64,000 bases of DNA, from IMG/VR virus record IMGVR_UViG_3300028608_000007, positions 1 to 64,000 of that record, one strand, 5' to 3'. Below are positions 36,343 to 46,063 of this stretch, one piece after another. The stretch is from a virus. The position numbers and the translations under genes were made by a program. The notes under the pieces were generated by a model, which was given only the letters and a program-made list of their open reading frames with translations, was not told the origin of the DNA and did not search any database. Numbering within the stretch: position 1 is the stretch's first letter; each line of letters starts with the position of its first letter.

Positions 36343-37020
36343 ATGTTTCAAGTAACTGATCGAAGCGAGATCAAAAAGACTCAACAGAAGCTTAAAGACC
36401 TCGGCTTCTATGAGGGTAAGGTTGACGGTATTTGGGGTCCTCTGTCACAAGCGGCTCTGGAAGCCTCGCGAGGTGAGAAAGTGGTTAGTCCAGCCTTCGA
36501 CACTACCCGGATTATCTGGGCCAAGAAAGTGTCCAAAGAGTTCATCCTGAAAGTCCGTGACATTGCCAAGAAACTCCAGATGCCCTCTGAAGGTGCAAAC
36601 TGGTTGATGGCGTGTATGGCTTTCGAAACGGGTGAAACCTTCTCACCCACCATCAAGAACGGTGCAGGTGCTCCGTACTACGGTCTGATCCAGTTCGGTG
36701 CGGCTGCGGCTAAAGATGCTGGCACTACGGTCGATGCCCTGCTCAAGATGACTGCTGAGCAACAGCTTGACTACGTGTACAACTTCTTCAAACCGTACAC
36801 CGGTAAGCTCAAGACCCTGAGCGACATCTATATGCGCATCCTGTGGCCCGCTGCTGTTGGTAAGCCAGAAGACTACGTGATCTTCGATGAGAAGGTTCGT
36901 CCTACGGCGTACGTTCAGAACAAAGGTCTGGACATCAACAAGGATGGTAAAGTCACCAAGGCTGAGTGTGCAGCCAAGGTCCAACAAAAATACGAGCGTG
37001 GACAGCAGTTCATCCTCTAA
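36343..37020 (+). CDS. Modular endolysin (peptidoglycan-binding domain + lysozyme/SLT-like domain)
   Basis: QQKLKDLGFY.GKVDGIWGP.S peptidoglycan-binding motif; LMACMAFETG..FSP...GLIQF catalytic region; GAGG RBS. Confidence 0.88.
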   Translation: MFQVTDRSEIKKTQQKLKDLGFYEGKVDGIWGPLSQAALEASRGEKVVSPAFDTTRIIWAKKVSKEFILKVRDIAKKLQMPSEGANWLMACMAFETGETFSPTIKNGAGAPYYGLIQFGAAAAKDAGTTVDALLKMTAEQQLDYVYNFFKPYTGKLKTLSDIYMRILWPAAVGKPEDYVIFDEKVRPTAYVQNKGLDINKDGKVTKAECAAKVQQKYERGQQFIL

Positions 37021-37029
37021 GGAATCATC

Positions 37030-38598
37030 ATGGGTGCATTAGCGAGTTACTTCCCTTCTATGGAAGAGGAGTTGCAAGATCCCGAGGACTTTCTAGGTCC
37101 CGGTGCATTAGTAGAAAGTCGAGTGGCTTCGGAACGTGCCGATGACGACGTGCAGGCTCTGAGTGAGATCCATGCTACGTTGGAGTCGCTGTCTGCTTCG
37201 ATGGAAGCTTGTCTGGAAGCTGACCCGTTTACCCCCGTCTTCATCAACCATGCTCTTGACTCGATTGGTCGTCGTACCGGTCTGAGACTGCCTGCGGCTT
37301 CGATGGAAGACGCTTCTGTCTCCATCAGCATGGAAGGGTTAGGTGGTGCACTCAAAGCCATCTGGGACGCTATCGTTAAGGCTGTGAAAGCAGCTCTTAA
37401 AGCGGTGGCTGACTTCTTCCGTCGGATCTATGAGCTGGTTGCTGGTAAGCGCAAGAAGATCGAGGCAGGCTTTGCTAAGGCTAAGAAAGAAGGTGACTCC
37501 ACGCCTTCCAAACTGGCCGACACCAACAACCTGTCGAAGGTCGCTGACTCAGAGATCGAAGCCCTCAAGAAGAAGCTCAAGACCCCTGAGTTGGTCAAGT
37601 GTCGTAAAGACCAACTGGTTGCACTGACTGCTGCGGCAGCCACTGTGATCGACCGGGCTAACATCTTGGATGGTAACCAAACCATCCCTAAAGAAGAGAT
37701 CACTCACGGTGGTGAATCCTTCACCTTCGTGCGTCGTGAAGATGTTAAGCGTGCCAAGTACGTCAAGCTCTGCCAAGCAGGTAATGACTTCATCGCTCAC
37801 GCCAGTGTTGCCGGTGTCTCGCTGGCTGCCCTGAAAGAGCATCGCTGCGAGATCAGCATCGGTGACGTTACCGAAGTGGTCTGGGAGTGTCTGTACCGAG
37901 GCAAAGAGATCCGTGATGTAGGTAACAACGTTTCCGCTGCGGTTCTGGAAATCTCGAGACTGGCCATCGCAAAGATGAAAGGGTACTTCGCTAAGGACCG
38001 CAAAAACACCCCTGGCGACTTCCATTTCAGTAGTCAAAGCGACGCTATGAATGCTGAGGTGTTGGCCAAGTTCGAAGTGGTCCGCAACGAGTTCAAAAGG
38101 ATCACTGGTAAGGATGGTTGGATTCCTGCTGGTCGTCGTGTGGTTAAGTTCCTGGAACCCAAGAACGTTTACCACTTGTTCCCTGAGTCGAATGGGATGC
38201 CAGAGCTTGCTAAGTTCACTGAGAGCGAAGTCTTGCTGAATATCCCAACTTGGTCTGAATCCAAGAAGGCTTCGGATGGCGTGACCTCGCTGCTGATCCT
38301 CAATACGCAGAAGGACGTTATCACCGCCATCAACATCGGCTTTGACCGCGCGTTGGATGAATGGAACGCAGCCATCAAGTGGGTTGCTGAACAAGGACAC
38401 GGTGACAAGACCCCAGTAGTCACCAAGTACTTCACGGACTACTGCAAACTGTTCTTCACCGATATCCAAACTCAGTACAACCGTTTCCTGCGCTCGCAAC
38501 TGGCAATGGAAGGTACAGCGATTCAATGGGCCGAAGTTCTGTCTGGTACCATGGCTCGTCTGGCCGATGCCAAAGATCTCGTTGAGGAACTTGCTTGA
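37030..38598 (+). CDS. Internal head protein (phiKZ inner-body/head paralog family)
   Basis: Four SME motifs in first ~100 aa followed by IWDAIVKAVKAALKAVADFF helix typical of this family. Confidence 0.7.
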   Translation: MGALASYFPSMEEELQDPEDFLGPGALVESRVASERADDDVQALSEIHATLESLSASMEACLEADPFTPVFINHALDSIGRRTGLRLPAASMEDASVSISMEGLGGALKAIWDAIVKAVKAALKAVADFFRRIYELVAGKRKKIEAGFAKAKKEGDSTPSKLADTNNLSKVADSEIEALKKKLKTPELVKCRKDQLVALTAAAATVIDRANILDGNQTIPKEEITHGGESFTFVRREDVKRAKYVKLCQAGNDFIAHASVAGVSLAALKEHRCEISIGDVTEVVWECLYRGKEIRDVGNNVSAAVLEISRLAIAKMKGYFAKDRKNTPGDFHFSSQSDAMNAEVLAKFEVVRNEFKRITGKDGWIPAGRRVVKFLEPKNVYHLFPESNGMPELAKFTESEVLLNIPTWSESKKASDGVTSLLILNTQKDVITAINIGFDRALDEWNAAIKWVAEQGHGDKTPVVTKYFTDYCKLFFTDIQTQYNRFLRSQLAMEGTAIQWAEVLSGTMARLADAKDLVEELA

Positions 38599-38636
38599 CG
38601 GCATAAAGGGAGGGCCGAAGCCCTCCCGTTTATGCC
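38599..38636. terminator. Bidirectional hairpin flanked by CGGCATAAA / TTTATGCC
   Basis: GGGAGGGC-CGAA-GCCCTCCC between convergent genes. Confidence 0.75.
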
Positions 38637-39040
38637 CCATTCATACCGAGCAACAGCTTGACAAATTCCCAGCCAGTCTGTAACACGCTATTAAGAGTCT
38701 CCTTATCCCAAGTCCCAAGTTCAGTATCCCAGCTTGCTAGCAAACCAATCACCACCATAGCCAACCCACCCACGACACCGACGGTCTTGAGTATGTTCAC
38801 CCCACGGGATGAGCTTGATTCGACGCCCTCCAAGTTACCAATGTCCATTGTGAGAATAGCGATCTGGACAGAGTCTTCCATCGCTACAATCTTTTCCATG
38901 ACGCCGGAACCGGTGTCAGTCAAGGCAACTTGCTTATCAACGGGGAGATGAAAGTTGCAGATTTGTGCAACCATGTTCCCCCACGAGTAGGTACCAAGAG
39001 TTTGGTTACCGATGGTACCCAGAGCACCTCCGATGTTCAT
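38630..39040 (-). CDS. Small membrane protein (possible lysis accessory/holin-like)
   Basis: Hydrophobic C-terminal helices; directly downstream of spanins; function is a guess. Confidence 0.45.
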   Translation of the reverse strand: MNIGGALGTIGNQTLGTYSWGNMVAQICNFHLPVDKQVALTDTGSGVMEKIVAMEDSVQIAILTMDIGNLEGVESSSSRGVNILKTVGVVGGLAMVVIGLLASWDTELGTWDKETLNSVLQTGWEFVKLLLGMNGA

Positions 39041-39396
39041 TTCGCTTTCCCCTTCTTAGCGATGCGTGCTTGCGTGTCGGCAATCCACTGATTCAGGTCG
39101 TTCGTACGGATGTTACACGAACTGACGTTAGACGTCTGGATCATGTACAGTAGCCCTAATACTTTCAACCGTTCTTCAACCGATAGCTTCAAGAACGCTT
39201 CCTTGGAAGGAGGCGGTTCGACTGAACTTAAAACCAATAACTCACTTGGAGGGTTTGGGAACGTCTCCCGCACCTCGTACACTGTTTCGATACGACTCCC
39301 ACATGCCGTCAATGACAGCAGCGGAAACAGGATCAACAACAGCGGGCGAGCCAATGGTTCCAACAGGCGCTTCTTGAAGCAGAGTGGTAACTTCAT
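39037..39396 (-). CDS. Outer-membrane spanin (Rz1-like lipoprotein)
   Basis: Signal peptide with LTAC lipobox, Pro-rich PNPP..EPPP segment, overlaps i-spanin. Confidence 0.8.
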   Translation of the reverse strand: MKLPLCFKKRLLEPLARPLLLILFPLLSLTACGSRIETVYEVRETFPNPPSELLVLSSVEPPPSKEAFLKLSVEERLKVLGLLYMIQTSNVSSCNIRTNDLNQWIADTQARIAKKGKAK

Positions 39397-39679
39397 GTTG
39401 CACCTTTTCTCTTGCGACCGCTTGTGACACGTCTTGCGCTCCCTGTGCTTTACCGTGATCACTTGCAGCCTTGGTATCGATCTGGGTTTGTTCCTTCAAA
39501 CCTTCGACCTCACCTTCCAACCGCTCTCGAGTCTGTTTCAGCTCTTTGACCTCTTTACGGGCCTCAGTAAGGTTCTTCTCGGTCTGCGTATGTTTCCAAT
39601 ACAAACCACCTATCACTGCTACAACCAAGAGCGCTTGGAGGATGTACTTTTTAAACACTTCACCTAAGATCGTCAGCAT
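39242..39679 (-). CDS. Inner-membrane spanin (Rz-like)
   Basis: N-terminal TM (ILQALLVVAVIGGLYW) then coiled coil. Confidence 0.78.
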   Translation of the reverse strand: MLTILGEVFKKYILQALLVVAVIGGLYWKHTQTEKNLTEARKEVKELKQTRERLEGEVEGLKEQTQIDTKAASDHGKAQGAQDVSQAVAREKVQHEVTTLLQEAPVGTIGSPAVVDPVSAAVIDGMWESYRNSVRGAGDVPKPSK

Positions 39680-40275
39680 AGCACTCCACCCCCACGTAAC
39701 CAATTGATCAACGCAAGGATCTTGTAATACCCAACCGCGATAGCGTCAGTGGAGTGTTCGTCCAGATCTTCGATTCTCTTCCCTGATTCGTTACGGTAGT
39801 TGGGCAATCGCAAGATACCTTGCTGCACCTCTACTTTGTTCTTGCTTTTACCAGGTACCCCGACCGCAATCTTGGCAGAGGGAGGGTCAACTGTATCGAG
39901 GGGCATGTTGATGTCGTAGTTCAAGAGTGCTCGGCGTATAAACACCTTGCACTCCACCAACGCCTCGAAGGCTTGAGGGAATCGTCCTAAGAAAGGAGAT
40001 TCGCAAATCACGCCGTGGGGACACCAAAAACGGAGCCAGTTAATCAGCTCGATCTCGTGGGAATGAAGCTTAGCCCAGCGGGGACCGTGAGTGTCGATGA
40101 CATCAGGGTACTGCCGACTGTTCCTTTCACCACGTAAGGTGTTTGCATCACGCAGGATCACCTCCCCAGTGAAGAGGTCGAGGTCCTGTACAGCAGTCCC
40201 CAAGGTATCAGTACCTGGGTCAATTGAGCCGACACGATAGTATCGGCTGTGCTCTGGGATCAACAACATAACCAA
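39673..40275 (-). CDS. ruvC: RuvC-like Holliday junction resolvase
   Basis: GSIDPGT, VICESP, KVEV, EHSTDAIAVG catalytic motifs. Confidence 0.85.
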   Translation of the reverse strand: MVMLLIPEHSRYYRVGSIDPGTDTLGTAVQDLDLFTGEVILRDANTLRGERNSRQYPDVIDTHGPRWAKLHSHEIELINWLRFWCPHGVICESPFLGRFPQAFEALVECKVFIRRALLNYDINMPLDTVDPPSAKIAVGVPGKSKNKVEVQQGILRLPNYRNESGKRIEDLDEHSTDAIAVGYYKILALINWLRGGGVLC

Positions 40276-41142
40276 TTAACCGTTGTTGGCACTCACGTAG
40301 TTGGAGTCAGACAGCAGAGGCTCGGTAGCACCCAGTTCGATGTCCTGAGTGAAGCCTTTGTTGGTGAACGCCACGGAGTGGTGAGTGGTAATGAAGCTGG
40401 CGATCTGGGCGCAGATCACTTCCTTCATGTTGAAGGTGGTGTTACCCGGACCTTGTACCTGTGCGTTTCTATCTACACCAGATACCATACCGATTTCAGA
40501 AATTACGGCGTAGGCTTCATTGTCGTAGAGGATACGGCAGGCGTTGATCAGTTCCAGCACGTCTTCGGCAGTAAACACGAGGGTGAGGATCTGGGAGGTC
40601 GACAGGTAGTCGCCGGAGGTGGTGATCACACCGGTGTTCGACATGGCTGGCGGCTGAGGGTTCAGGTTAGCCAGAGTCGGTACGTAGTCTTCGGTTTCTT
40701 TCTGCGAACCGTTGACGATGGTGTGGGTAATCGCTGGCGCAGTGTTGGCCATCGAGATACGCTTGAGGTAGTACGCGAAGTAGTTCACGCCACCGATGTT
40801 GACCAACTTACGCAGACCGTAACGCTGACGGGCTACTGGGTCGAGGTCGTTGTCTACACGACGCAGGACGAACGGCAACTGACGATACAGCGCAGCGTCC
40901 CAAGCACGGTGAGGGATAGGACTGGTGTATTGAGCACCGTCGGCACCTACCATGTTCTTGTGACCACCGTTACCAATGCAGTAGTACTGCATCGCAGGGC
41001 GCTCAGCATCACCGAGCTTTTCATCAACGAGAATACCGTGCTTCTCGTTCAGGGTGCTGTGTTCCAGAATAGTTGGTTTCTGGCCCAGCAGCAAAGAGGT
41101 TTGCAGCGATGAACCCCAGATGCTCCGGGTGATAGTCTTCAT
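40276..41142 (-). CDS. Virion baseplate structural protein (phiKZ gp139-like)
   Basis: 288 aa from ATG 41142 (MKTITRSIWG); YY.IGNGGH motif; synteny. Confidence 0.6.
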   Translation of the reverse strand: MKTITRSIWGSSLQTSLLLGQKPTILEHSTLNEKHGILVDEKLGDAERPAMQYYCIGNGGHKNMVGADGAQYTSPIPHRAWDAALYRQLPFVLRRVDNDLDPVARQRYGLRKLVNIGGVNYFAYYLKRISMANTAPAITHTIVNGSQKETEDYVPTLANLNPQPPAMSNTGVITTSGDYLSTSQILTLVFTAEDVLELINACRILYDNEAYAVISEIGMVSGVDRNAQVQGPGNTTFNMKEVICAQIASFITTHHSVAFTNKGFTQDIELGATEPLLSDSNYVSANNG

Positions 41143-41202
41143 AGATGTGTTCCTGTGGATAGTTGCTAGGCCAAGTGTACGTAAGCCAATACACATTATA
41201 CG

Positions 41203-41229
41203 CGGCATAGAGGGAGGCCTAAGCCTCCC
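41203..41229 (-). terminator. Hairpin + CTATGCCG
   Basis: GGGAGGC-CTAA-GCCTCCC after 41237-41809. Confidence 0.65.
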
Positions 41230-41236
41230 CTACACT

Positions 41237-41809
41237 TTAGGCATCCATCAGGGTGACGTTACCAACGTTGCGAGTCGCAGCGAGGTAGTCCAGTTGACCA
41301 CCATTCGGGTCTACAATCTTGATGAAGATACTGCCGCCATTGGAACTCTTCGGCAGGAACCGAGGAGAGTTGTTAGCGATCTTCAACTCCAGCACACCCG
41401 CTACAGTCATCGCCTCGTTGAAGGCAGTAGCGTCAGTCACAGCAGTGCCGGTGGTTGGGTGCAGAACGTCTTGAGCTTCAATCGCCAAACCGTACTGGTT
41501 CTTCATATACGTCGCCATGGTGGCAAACGTGAAGGGGTACGCTGTGGTGAATGGGAACTCCACGTAACCTGCCAACAGAGTGGTAACGTTTGCACGCTTC
41601 CACGTCACAGGCACGGTGCCTTTATAACGACCCGGTACGCCAGAGGTGGCTGTCACTCGAGCTGTCATTGTACAGGTCACTGACTGTCCGTTACCGGTGT
41701 AAGCCAAGTCCAGATGAGCAACGTCCAAGTAGTGGTCGTTGTAATCCTGGAACAGTTTCACCAGCACGTCACTGCCAGTGCTCTTCAAAACTTCACTGAG
41801 TTCTAACAC
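41237..41809 (-). CDS. Tail/baseplate protein (phiKZ gp131-135 family N-domain-like)
   Basis: GTG start; GRYKGTVPVTWKR motif paralogous to the next gene's FSGESIFTYNRLDL. Confidence 0.55.
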   Translation of the reverse strand: MLELSEVLKSTGSDVLVKLFQDYNDHYLDVAHLDLAYTGNGQSVTCTMTARVTATSGVPGRYKGTVPVTWKRANVTTLLAGYVEFPFTTAYPFTFATMATYMKNQYGLAIEAQDVLHPTTGTAVTDATAFNEAMTVAGVLELKIANNSPRFLPKSSNGGSIFIKIVDPNGGQLDYLAATRNVGNVTLMDA

Positions 41810-41820
41810 CGCAGTGCTCC

Positions 41821-43083
41821 TTAAGTCAGTTTGCTCAGGTTGTAGTGAATCATCAGACTACCCCTGAGGTTAGTGCAATATTGATCGTTGAGTTCAATCA
41901 CGGCGATGTAACCCATGAACACGTTGTACGCTTGATCGTACTTACGGTTGAACCCGTTGAAGATTACCTTGGCCCCAAAGAGGTTGTTCTTCGACGCACG
42001 GTTCACACACTTCCAGCGGTTCTCCCCAGTTGCAGCCTCGTTATTAAGGATGAAGTTGAGGAAGTCCACATCAGTGTTGTTGATCGTGAATTCGTAGTCA
42101 GTTGGGAATGCAGTAATCTGCGCTGGGTAATTGTGACCGTGGTACTGACCACCGTTAAGCAGCTCTGGAGGCGACTTGAACGTGATTGGGAACTCAGGCA
42201 GGATCTCACCCAGACGTGAGCTGTAGTAGACCACAAGGTCCCCACCAACGTCTGTACAGTAGTGAGACGACAGCTCGATCACCAACGCTTTGGTTGCTGC
42301 GCTGTTGTATGGAACCAGTCCGTAGTTCTCAACCCGACCGTTGAATTTCACCGTAGCACCGAACAGGTTACGAGGTCCTGGGGTGTTCTGGTATTTCCAC
42401 GTAGTTTGTGTACCGATTGGAAGATCACCGTAGATCACATCCAAGTACTTCGCCAAGGTAACTGCGTCAGTCACAGGTCCTTTACGAATGTCCGTCAGGT
42501 AGATCCCATAGAACAGACCGTCAGTGAACGGTTTACGATGGGTAACGAATGGACGCCCTTGGTTTTCTACTACGTCGATACCGCCGAGGTCGCTTACCTT
42601 CGCCAGTGCTTCCAGGGAATCACGAGGCAGGAGGTTAACTGTCAGCTCACCAATCCAACGTTTAGAGCGAGGTGTTGCCCGGAGGACGTAACCGTGAGCG
42701 TTGGATACTGTAATGATTTCCTCGTAGAAGTCATCACTGTCAAACACGTAGCCATACTCAGCGGTCAGGATGTCCACGAGTTGGGCGGTAGTGGTTGGTA
42801 AGTCCAACGTCAGGTTGATCTTTACACCCTCAAAGAAAGTGCCTAAGTCCAACCGGTTGTAGGTGAAGATTGACTCGCCGGAGAAAGGTACGGGAGCAAA
42901 GGGATCAAAGCTCTTGCGTACTTTCAGCGTCACCTGAGTCTGTCGTCCAGTCAGCGCCGTTACGTCAGCGATCTGGATGATGTCTTCTCGCAAGGTCACA
43001 TTGTTACGTGCCCCTGCAATCTCAAGCAAAGCTGCCGTCGGAGTCAGTTGAAGAAGACCGATCGTGTCTAGCACTGTCCTCAC
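41821..43083 (-). CDS. Virion structural (tail/baseplate) protein
   Basis: 420 aa, FTYNRLDL motif, internal duplication NLFGA.V.FNG. Confidence 0.6.
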   Translation of the reverse strand: MRTVLDTIGLLQLTPTAALLEIAGARNNVTLREDIIQIADVTALTGRQTQVTLKVRKSFDPFAPVPFSGESIFTYNRLDLGTFFEGVKINLTLDLPTTTAQLVDILTAEYGYVFDSDDFYEEIITVSNAHGYVLRATPRSKRWIGELTVNLLPRDSLEALAKVSDLGGIDVVENQGRPFVTHRKPFTDGLFYGIYLTDIRKGPVTDAVTLAKYLDVIYGDLPIGTQTTWKYQNTPGPRNLFGATVKFNGRVENYGLVPYNSAATKALVIELSSHYCTDVGGDLVVYYSSRLGEILPEFPITFKSPPELLNGGQYHGHNYPAQITAFPTDYEFTINNTDVDFLNFILNNEAATGENRWKCVNRASKNNLFGAKVIFNGFNRKYDQAYNVFMGYIAVIELNDQYCTNLRGSLMIHYNLSKLT

Positions 43084-43094
43084 TCCTTACAAGC

Positions 43095-43137
43095 AAAAAA
43101 GAAAAGGGCTTGCACACCCCCGAAAGAATGTGCAAGC
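43095..43137 (-). terminator. Intrinsic terminator
   Basis: GCTTGCACA/TGTGCAAGC stem with T-rich tail on the minus strand. Confidence 0.6.
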
Positions 43138-43149
43138 ACCTCGTTAAGG

Positions 43150-46014
43150 TCACTCAGGTGGGTTCAACGTCAGTCCATCAAGTCGGACAAAGGGACGTGG
43201 AGTCAAGACCAAACCAGGCAGACGGGTAATTACTACCATGTCAGCCAGTTCGTTCGAATACTCAAAGCCTTCCATCTCGCCTGACAGTGCCAGATCAGGT
43301 AAAGGTTCACCGTACTCCAGACCTTCCATCAGAGGTTCCAACGACACTGCCGTTTCTTCAAACGGTGTGTAATCGAAACCTTCAACAGTCAGCGGTTGAA
43401 GTGGTTTCGCCTCGCCATACTCGAACCCTTCCATAACAGGATTAAGGTTCAGAGGCTTTCGTCCGGCTGGATAATCAAACCCAGGCATTTCATCGACCAG
43501 TTGCAGGTCTTCTGGTTGTGGACCGTAATCCAGACCCGTCAGATCCGTCTCCAGTTCTTCAACCACCAGCGGTGCTGGGTAATCGAAGCCAGTCTGGTCT
43601 TTGGTCAGAGCTAACTGCTCACCCAGATCCTCGTAATGGAAACCGTCCAACTCTGGGCGGAAATCAATTGGAGGAGGCGCTGCCGGATAGTCGAAACCAT
43701 CCAGATGTTGCAGCTCGATCTTCACTTCGCGGAACGGCGAGTAGTCAAACCCATTGAGCGTCAGAGAGACGATCGGAGGTACACTGTTTGGACTGTAATC
43801 GAAACCATCCAAGTTGACTTTGGTCAACACAGTGTCGATGTGTTTGTATTCGCCGATGTTGTGCGGTGGAGTCTCTGGGTACAGGTATTCTGGTACCGGC
43901 GTCTTGTTGATGACGTCGTCCAGATCCAGCACTTTGATCTCAGGGACCGACAGGTAAACCGTTGGGATAACGTACCGAGTGTGGTAACTGGTGTAGGCAT
44001 CGGCACCGAAGTTCACCGTCGGATCATAACCACCCGAGGAGCGTTCTTCTGCACTGGTAGTCATCTCGAACGTAATGGAATCCAAGTCCGTGATGTCTGT
44101 GTGTTTGCCTGTACCATTCATCCCTTGTACGTAGACGTTGGCACTGTGGACTTTCATTCCACCAGCACCATCACCTGCGGTATCGCCCACACGAATGGCT
44201 GACCAGTTGAGCGCAATCATGTTGGTGCCGCGCAGCTCTTTCAAGAACTGAACGGTGTAACTACTCAGTTGGCCCAACAGACGAATCATGGCGTTCTGGA
44301 GTTCTTCCAGGGAAACCGTGACGTGCAAGCTGGTGCCTGTGCAAAGCGCTAACAGGTTGTTGTACAGCATTTCGAACTCAGGTTGCCCAAAGTTCGTTAC
44401 ATCCAGTTGGTGATCCTTCAACCATTGGTCGTAGGTCACCTTGTCAGCTAAGTTGCACTCCTTGATCATGTACAGGTGGTTTGCTGCTGCTTCTGCTTGG
44501 CCACGCGAGACATGGTGCTCTTGCGTGGTATACAACCAGTTATGCTCTCGCCAAGCAGCGTGGATCTCCACACACTTGTTATAGAAAGCATCAACAGACA
44601 TCACCTTGTCAATGACAGGCTGATCGCGAAGCATCGCGTTGAGCAACGCATCAGAGACGTATTGCTGCTCGGTGATCTTGCGCAAGTCTGCAAAAGTAGG
44701 CAACACCCGACGACGAACAAAGAATGCATCAATGTTCGGAACGTACGGCATCTCCTGTCCCAACGCCCGGTTGAGGGAATAAAGGAACAGAATAAATGCA
44801 TCCTTGGCATTCATCCACACCTGATCACCAGTCAACGGGTTGTCGAAGGAGATAATGGTGGTGTAGAGCCCTTCCGTGGAGAAGTATAACCAGTGGTTCA
44901 ACAATACATCAGAGAACGTGACAGCGTAGTCGTTACTACGGTCAACCACTGAAGACTCGAGGACCTTAGTCTTGAGGCGGTTCTTTGGACTGTTCTTCAT
45001 CAAGTCCGTGACATTGCGAACTTCACGATCCGTCTCGTTGTAGTTACCTGGGGCAATCCCAGACTCACGTTCAACGATTCCTTGGACAGTCCACGTATCT
45101 ACCGGGTTACCGCTCGACAGGCGAGACAGCTCTTTTCGCTTGACCTCTACAGTGGGGTACAAGTTGTCCGGTTGATCACTTACGTTATGATGTAGGTTGT
45201 ATTCCGATACCGGAAGCATCCTTAACGTCATCACCTTCTCGACCAACCAGTCGAACGTGTCCTGCTTACCAGCGTTGCGCTGGATGTACAGAATGTTCCG
45301 GTAGAAGAAGAGCATCTGCTCTTTGGTCATGTGGGTGATGTACTGATCGAGTCGTCCGTGCGACGCTAAGTACTCTCGGATATGGAAGCTGTGTACCTGC
45401 TCCGTCCGACAGTTCTCAAGGCGTGCGTTCTCGATAATCAGTGGGAGTTCCAAATACAGCAACGCTAAGAAGGCGGCCGGGTAAAGGTCGTCAACAATGG
45501 CGTACTCTGGAATGTCCCATCGAGTATAACGGGCATCAATCTTTTCTTGGATCTGGTCAACCAGACCAGTTTCATTCTCCTCTATTAAGGAGCGGTCAAT
45601 CCAGAGGATCTTCCCATCCGGTGCATCAATGGCCGTTTGAAGGTCGACTGGATTGAGGATACCTAAGATCAAGTCCTCTTGGTCTGGGTATCGCTTCACC
45701 AAATCGTTGTAATAGCGAGTCCCGTAAGCGTATGCTCTCAGGGTATCGCGGTGGATCGCAAGCGTCTCGATGTCGAAGGAAATCTCTTGACGAGTCTCCA
45801 ATGACACCACAGTCATCTTAGTGTCGGTTGAGTGATAACGCCCAGCTAAATTCAGATAGTATTTCCATGTGGTAGGATCGTCTACGTTGACGTATACCTT
45901 CTTCTCGGACAGACCTGTATTTATAGCGTTAGCACTCGCTTCACTCTTGATGACAATCGTTTTCGCCATCGTGAGGATGGAGTCCACGTAGAGTCTGTAG
46001 TAAGCGTTGGACAC
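43150..46014 (-). CDS. Large baseplate structural protein (phiKZ gp128-like) with C-terminal GF(D/E)Y repeats
   Basis: GTG at 46014 with GGAGG RBS; ~954 aa; WKYYLNLAG.YH motif; divergent from portal. Confidence 0.65.
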   Translation of the reverse strand: MSNAYYRLYVDSILTMAKTIVIKSEASANAINTGLSEKKVYVNVDDPTTWKYYLNLAGRYHSTDTKMTVVSLETRQEISFDIETLAIHRDTLRAYAYGTRYYNDLVKRYPDQEDLILGILNPVDLQTAIDAPDGKILWIDRSLIEENETGLVDQIQEKIDARYTRWDIPEYAIVDDLYPAAFLALLYLELPLIIENARLENCRTEQVHSFHIREYLASHGRLDQYITHMTKEQMLFFYRNILYIQRNAGKQDTFDWLVEKVMTLRMLPVSEYNLHHNVSDQPDNLYPTVEVKRKELSRLSSGNPVDTWTVQGIVERESGIAPGNYNETDREVRNVTDLMKNSPKNRLKTKVLESSVVDRSNDYAVTFSDVLLNHWLYFSTEGLYTTIISFDNPLTGDQVWMNAKDAFILFLYSLNRALGQEMPYVPNIDAFFVRRRVLPTFADLRKITEQQYVSDALLNAMLRDQPVIDKVMSVDAFYNKCVEIHAAWREHNWLYTTQEHHVSRGQAEAAANHLYMIKECNLADKVTYDQWLKDHQLDVTNFGQPEFEMLYNNLLALCTGTSLHVTVSLEELQNAMIRLLGQLSSYTVQFLKELRGTNMIALNWSAIRVGDTAGDGAGGMKVHSANVYVQGMNGTGKHTDITDLDSITFEMTTSAEERSSGGYDPTVNFGADAYTSYHTRYVIPTVYLSVPEIKVLDLDDVINKTPVPEYLYPETPPHNIGEYKHIDTVLTKVNLDGFDYSPNSVPPIVSLTLNGFDYSPFREVKIELQHLDGFDYPAAPPPIDFRPELDGFHYEDLGEQLALTKDQTGFDYPAPLVVEELETDLTGLDYGPQPEDLQLVDEMPGFDYPAGRKPLNLNPVMEGFEYGEAKPLQPLTVEGFDYTPFEETAVSLEPLMEGLEYGEPLPDLALSGEMEGFEYSNELADMVVITRLPGLVLTPRPFVRLDGLTLNPPE
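43160..43820 (-). repeat. About 13 tandem [LMVQ]xG[FL][DEH]Y peptide repeats
   Basis: 11 clear plus 2 degenerate copies with ~17-20 aa period. Confidence 0.85.
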
Positions 46015-46063
46015 GTCACGGTCCTCCAATCAACTTTCTTAAATTGTCACTGGGAGCGGTAAT

